Shown in pieces: positions 59,633-64,000 of a DNA stretch of 64,000 nucleotides. Under the pieces are notes generated by a model. That model was not told the DNA's origin. It ran no database searches and saw nothing but the letters and a program-made list of their open reading frames with translations. The position numbers were made by a program, and so were the translations under genes. The stretch is from NCBI GenBank assembly GCA_963663165.1, contig OY760175.1:1-64000 (forward strand), in the 5' to 3' direction. This stretch comes from an uncultured Desulfospira sp. (lineage in GTDB: Bacteria; Desulfobacterota; Desulfobacteria; Desulfobacterales; Desulfobacteraceae). Every line of letters starts with the position of its first letter. Position 1 is the first letter of the stretch.

Positions 59633-60614
59633 GGTGTTTTCCCGTGAGAAGCCCGAAGATTCCCCTTCTTGCAAACACCACAATGACCAGCAGAAAGGGG
59701 CCCATATAGATCATCCAGTGTTCTGTGGCCATGGCCAGAAGTTCTTCCAGGGATAAAAAGACACAGGCGCCCAGGACCGGGCCGAAAAGGGTTCCCATTC
59801 CGCCGATGAGCACCATGACCATCAGCTCGCCTGAAAGGGTCCAGTGCATCAGTCCCGGGCTGACGTATTCGGTCTGGTTGGCCATCAGCGCTCCGGCGAG
59901 GCCGGCGCCTGCCCCGGCAATGACAAAACAGGCCAGGCGGAAGGCATAGGCATTCACCCCAAGGGCTTTAAGCCGCCTTTCATTGTCGCCGGCACCCCGG
60001 ATCATCAGCCCGAACCTTGAGTTGACCAGCCTGACACTAAAAAAGAGGAACCCGCAAAGAAGCCCGAAGCAAAGGTAATAGAACTGGGTATCATCCCCAA
60101 GATCAAGTCCCGGCAAAGCAGAGCGGGAATACAGGGATATCCCGTCATCACCGCCATAGGTGTCAAGGGAGACGAAAAAATAGTAGAGCATCTGGGCAAA
60201 TGCCAGGGTAATCATAATAAAGTGCATTCCCTTTGTTCTGAGGCTGAGCGCCCCGAAAATCAGGGCTGCAAAACCAGATACGACTGCGGCCAGGGGCAGG
60301 ACAATAAGGCCGTTTTCACTTCCCTGACAAAGAAAAGGAAGGTTAAACAACGGTTCCATCATAGAGGCGTGGTAAAAAAAGATCCCCACCACATAGGCCC
60401 CTGTTCCCACATAGGCGGCATGGCCAAGACTGACAAGGCCGGCATACCCGATCAGCAGATCAAGGCTGACGGCCGCCATGGCGTATATCAGGATCCGGCT
60501 GAAAAAAGAGATGTAATAGGCCTGGCCAAGGGCCGATGCCACCGGGGGCAAAAGGGCGAAAAACAGGGTGCCGGCCAGAATGATTCCGATAAAGTGTTTG
60601 GACAGTTTCATCAT
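59625..60614 (-). CDS. ABC permease (LivM-like)
   Basis: SLGHAAY and FIMITLAFAQM motifs; start at MMKLSK (track start 61058 is over-extended). Confidence 0.9.
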   Translation of the reverse strand: MMKLSKHFIGIILAGTLFFALLPPVASALGQAYYISFFSRILIYAMAAVSLDLLIGYAGLVSLGHAAYVGTGAYVVGIFFYHASMMEPLFNLPFLCQGSENGLIVLPLAAVVSGFAALIFGALSLRTKGMHFIMITLAFAQMLYYFFVSLDTYGGDDGISLYSRSALPGLDLGDDTQFYYLCFGLLCGFLFFSVRLVNSRFGLMIRGAGDNERRLKALGVNAYAFRLACFVIAGAGAGLAGALMANQTEYVSPGLMHWTLSGELMVMVLIGGMGTLFGPVLGACVFLSLEELLAMATEHWMIYMGPFLLVIVVFARRGIFGLLTGKHHD

Positions 60615-61525
60615 GTGTGGGCCGGGAAAAGGCCTTGGGGCTTCCATACCAGGATGGCTGCCATGAGAATGTAAATGGACATGGAGGCAAGGGATGCCGC
60701 GGCTGAATCGGCTTGGGCAGAACTTGTGAACAGGCGGAATATGTCCGGAAGAAAGGCCCGGCCAAGGGTGTCTGACATGCCCACCAGGAGTGCCCCGGCC
60801 AGGGCGCCGCGAACAGAGCCGATGCCGCCGATAACAATCACCACAAAAGTTAAGATGAGAATGCTTTCTCCCATGCCGGATTCCACGGCCAGAATAGGGC
60901 CTGCCATGACACCGGCAAGACCGGCAAGAAGGGAACCAAGCCCGAACACCAGGGTATAGAGCAGCCTGATGTTTACCCCTAAGGCCGCCACCATGCGCCG
61001 GTTGACGGCCCCGGCCCTGATCTGCATGCCAAGTCTGGTCTTTGCAAACATCAGCCATAAGAACAGGGCCACCCCAAGTCCCACGCCGATGACCGCCAGG
61101 CGGTAAACCGGGTAAACAAGACCGGGCAAAAGTTCCACCCCGCCTGAAAGAAAGGCGGGCACATCCATGAACAGGGGCTGGCGCCCCCAGATGATTCTGA
61201 CCAGCTCGTTAAAAAACATGATCAGCCCAAAGGTTGCCAGAACCTGATCCAGATGTTCCCGGTGGTAGAGCCTTCTGAAAATAAGGCTCTCCACGGCCAT
61301 GCCGGTAAGGCCTGCCGCAGGCAGCGCCGCAGCAAGCCCCAGGACAAATGACCCGGTCTTAGCGGCAACCGTGGCCCCGACATAGGCGCCGATCATATAG
61401 AAAGAACCGTGGGCCAGGTTGATCACCTGCATGATGCCAAAGACCAGGGTTAGTCCGGCAGACATTAAAAACAGGGTTACTCCGAGCTGGAGGCCGTTCA
61501 AGAGCTGTTCAGCAATCAATAGCAT
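60611..61525 (-). CDS. ABC permease (LivH-like)
   Basis: INLAHGSFYM and KPQGLF motifs. Confidence 0.92.
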   Translation of the reverse strand: MLLIAEQLLNGLQLGVTLFLMSAGLTLVFGIMQVINLAHGSFYMIGAYVGATVAAKTGSFVLGLAAALPAAGLTGMAVESLIFRRLYHREHLDQVLATFGLIMFFNELVRIIWGRQPLFMDVPAFLSGGVELLPGLVYPVYRLAVIGVGLGVALFLWLMFAKTRLGMQIRAGAVNRRMVAALGVNIRLLYTLVFGLGSLLAGLAGVMAGPILAVESGMGESILILTFVVIVIGGIGSVRGALAGALLVGMSDTLGRAFLPDIFRLFTSSAQADSAAASLASMSIYILMAAILVWKPQGLFPAHT

Positions 61526-61551
61526 GGCAACAAAATACCGGGAAGGCCCCC

Positions 61552-61953
61552 TTACATCTTGCAGTCACAGGCATAGGCATCCACATGGTCGGTAAAGACC
61601 TTCTTTATGGTTTTGTTGGTAAACCCGCCGTCATCCGTCTTGATTACCTCCCGGATATACAGGTCCTGGACCGGGTGTTGATTGGCGCCGAATTTGAATT
61701 TGCCCCGGACAGACTCGAAATCCGCTTTTTTCAGGGCCGCCTTAAAGGCTTTCAGATCGCCAAGATCGCCGTTGACGGCTTTCAGAGCGCTGCCGATGAG
61801 CCGGGCCGTGTCATACCCCTGGCTTGCGTACAGGGTGGGCATGCGGTTATAGGCTTTTTTATAGGCTTCAACAAACTGGGCATTGGCCGGATTGTCAAGG
61901 TCATGGGTCCACTGGGAACCGTTTTTTACACCAAGGGCAGCATCGCCCACCGC
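61552..61953 (-). pseudogene. ABC substrate-binding protein, C-terminal third only
   Basis: LDNPANAQFV...YASQGYD...SVRGKFKFG; in-frame stop at 61957-61959 and no signal peptide. Confidence 0.8.
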
Positions 61954-62272
61954 TAATCATGCGGTTAGTATCCCTTTGTTTCTATGGATAGAAACATATA
62001 CAGGGGATGATTTTAAAAAGCAAGGGGTTTTGCGCAAAAAATCACACGAGTCACGGGGTCACTAAAGTCGTGGCCTCGGTCCGGGCAATAACCGTTTAAT
62101 CGGCCCTGTCCACCGTGTATGTGATGGCGGCACCGTAAATAATCATAATGGTCATAATGGGCGACCCCGGACCGGTGGACCGGAGCGTTATCTGCGTATG
62201 AAGAAGGGAGTGGCCTGCAGTGATGAGTCGGGGCCGACAGGCCCCGGACGGCCGGATGATCTGATATCCGGC

Positions 62273-62788
62273 CTACTTTAAGTTGGCTGAACCGGCCTTT
62301 AATATGTTGACAACCCTGCCGCAGATCTGGGATTGTGAGATGATACCCAGTCTTGAGCTGTCCCTGCTGTTTCCTAAGTTGTCGCCCAGGATGAAAACCG
62401 TACCGGCAGGCAGAACCCAATGATAATGTTCAAGCTGGCGAATGGTGCTTTTCCATTTGTTAGCATCAATTTTAACCACAGGGTCAAGAGGCTTGTCGTT
62501 CACCCAAAGCACCCCTTGTTTTATGGCAAGCCAGTCTTTTGCGACAGCAATCACGCGCTTGACCATGGGATTTGCTCTGTTCTTTAAACAGACCGCCACC
62601 ATATCTTTTCTGGCGACGGGCTGGCCCGTTTGGTGGTTAACAACGATTTGATCACCGGGATTTAAGGTCGGGGACATGGATGTGCCGGCAACGGTGTAGA
62701 TTTTTTCCTGGGAAAAACAGGGGGCGGCCATAAAAAAAAGGAGAACCCCGGCTGTGAGGATTCTCCTTATATACTGATTATGGTTCAT
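62273..62788 (-). CDS. Signal peptidase I (S26 family)
   Basis: GTSMSPTL..GD, VKRVIA and GDN..NSRDS motifs. Confidence 0.88.
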   Translation of the reverse strand: MNHNQYIRRILTAGVLLFFMAAPCFSQEKIYTVAGTSMSPTLNPGDQIVVNHQTGQPVARKDMVAVCLKNRANPMVKRVIAVAKDWLAIKQGVLWVNDKPLDPVVKIDANKWKSTIRQLEHYHWVLPAGTVFILGDNLGNSRDSSRLGIISQSQICGRVVNILKAGSANLK

Positions 62789-62810
62789 CCTGATCTTGAA
62801 AGCCCCTGGA

Positions 62811-64000
62811 TTAATACGTGATATTCCCCCCGCCGTTTATATTTCCAGTAATAATAGACAAATCAGGGTCACATCCGGATACACGATTGTTCAGGTAAAG
62901 GTTACGCCCATCTTCCGTCCCTTCCTCTAAAATTTTTATCCCTGCGCCGGCACCGGTCCCTATCCCTGCCACATAGTTTTCTTCAATGCAGTTGCGGACA
63001 TTGTTTCCTGAATTGGCAGGGATATAGATGCCCCAGACCTTATTGTTAACAACCCGGTTTCCCTTTACCAGGCACTGGTTTGACACCCGAATCCCGGCAT
63101 ATGCACCGCTCGCTTCCTGGTTGTTTTCAACCACCGTGTTTCCAATAATATTGCAGCCGTCAGCACCGTAAATCCCATCCGTTCCGTTGTTCATAACAAC
63201 ATTGTTGGTAATGGCGGTATCAGCGCCGTAAATGCCGCGATCCAAACCATCCCCAACCACATTCTGATCAACAAGAGAGCCTCTACCGGCCATGATGCCA
63301 TGATTGCCGCTGCCCCTGACGATGTTATTTTTAACTATGCTTCTGGTACCAATAAGGATACCGTAATCGACATTGTCTGTTATCTGCATATTTTCAACCC
63401 GTCCGCCTGAAGCATACCACAAAGAGATACCACTGCTGGAAAATCCTGATATGGCACCGTTTTTGATGGTAATGTTTTCAAGCGCATAGCTTCCAGCCGA
63501 AATTCCGGCCGCTGCGCCTCCTGCAACCTGTGTAATTGTAAATCCCATAAAATCAATAGTGACGTTGCTGCTGGCAATATAAATGGCATAGACATCCTTT
63601 GTGGATGTTACCGTAAGGTTTCCGGTCAGATAATAGGACCCGGGTGATGAGATATAATATGGAAGGGAAGAGATAGGGGTGCGGACCTCGTCACTGGCCG
63701 CATCAATAATGTCTGCAGCATGCTGGCCGTCGAGCAGGTCGGCATCAAAATCCGCCACATATCCCGGGGTGATTTTTGCTGCGGTAACCGCACCGTCCTG
63801 GATCTTATCCGTGGTGACGGCATTATCATCTATTTTTGATGTCTGCACAGCACCATCCGCAAGGTTAAATACGTTAATGGTCTCTGTGGCAATGTCCCCT
63901 GTCAGGCCCCCTTTGATGGAGCCATTTGCGATATGGCTCGAAGAGACATTGCCTTCAGCGATTTTTGAAGAGGTAACTGCATATGCTGCGATATTTGAAT
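62811..64000 (-). CDS. Parallel beta-helix protein with N-terminal decapeptide repeats (5' partial)
   Basis: Frame is open to the window end; (K)IxDGAVTxx repeats, DADLLDG, PGSYYLTGNL and N...GI repeats. Confidence 0.8.
   Translation of the reverse strand, partial: SNIAAYAVTSSKIAEGNVSSSHIANGSIKGGLTGDIATETINVFNLADGAVQTSKIDDNAVTTDKIQDGAVTAAKITPGYVADFDADLLDGQHAADIIDAASDEVRTPISSLPYYISSPGSYYLTGNLTVTSTKDVYAIYIASSNVTIDFMGFTITQVAGGAAAGISAGSYALENITIKNGAISGFSSSGISLWYASGGRVENMQITDNVDYGILIGTRSIVKNNIVRGSGNHGIMAGRGSLVDQNVVGDGLDRGIYGADTAITNNVVMNNGTDGIYGADGCNIIGNTVVENNQEASGAYAGIRVSNQCLVKGNRVVNNKVWGIYIPANSGNNVRNCIEENYVAGIGTGAGAGIKILEEGTEDGRNLYLNNRVSGCDPDLSIITGNINGGGNITY

Noticed and set aside
59625..61058. 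477-aa ORF as a novel fusion
   Set aside because: The N-terminal extension overlaps livH in another frame; the real start is 60614.

Overview
64 kb window from a sulfate-reducing deltaproteobacterium, probably Desulfobacter/Desulfobacteraceae-like (inferred from hcp, a DVU0772-family gene and overall gene content). It has three parts. (1) 1-18.5 kb is an AT-richer nest of mobile DNA. It holds a Mu/IS481-like DDE + ExeA-ATPase element carrying a RepB-type primase, whose end lies inside an attC-like site. Next is a probable two-gene integron cassette (membrane protein + Shedu nuclease) split by an intact IS4. Then comes an extended RIT (three tyrosine recombinases) element with two extra Zn-binding ORFs, phased repeats and a reconstructable palindromic target. 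Last is an IS1634 interrupted by a 4.5 kb IS21 derivative carrying ParB-like, HTH and Zn-binding passengers. (2) 18.6-49.3 kb is mostly ordinary metabolism and transport (PAS-GGDEF-EAL, TRAP/GntR/OYE/LDH-like cluster, Liv ABC, MalY, Sir2, hcp), with an ISAzo13 and two families of short structured repeats. (3) 49.6-64 kb is a decaying accessory region: a cold-shock/RNA-binding locus with a deleted DEAD-box gene, a frameshifted yjjJ/HipA toxin behind a third attC-like half-site abutting a group II intron 3' end, an IS91 remnant, an IS1380 nested in a 32-bp IS4-ended mini-element, a second Liv operon with a truncated binding protein, a signal peptidase and a beta-helix protein. No rRNA, tRNA, CRISPR array or integron integrase was seen. 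All assignments come from reading motifs by eye; no database searches were run.
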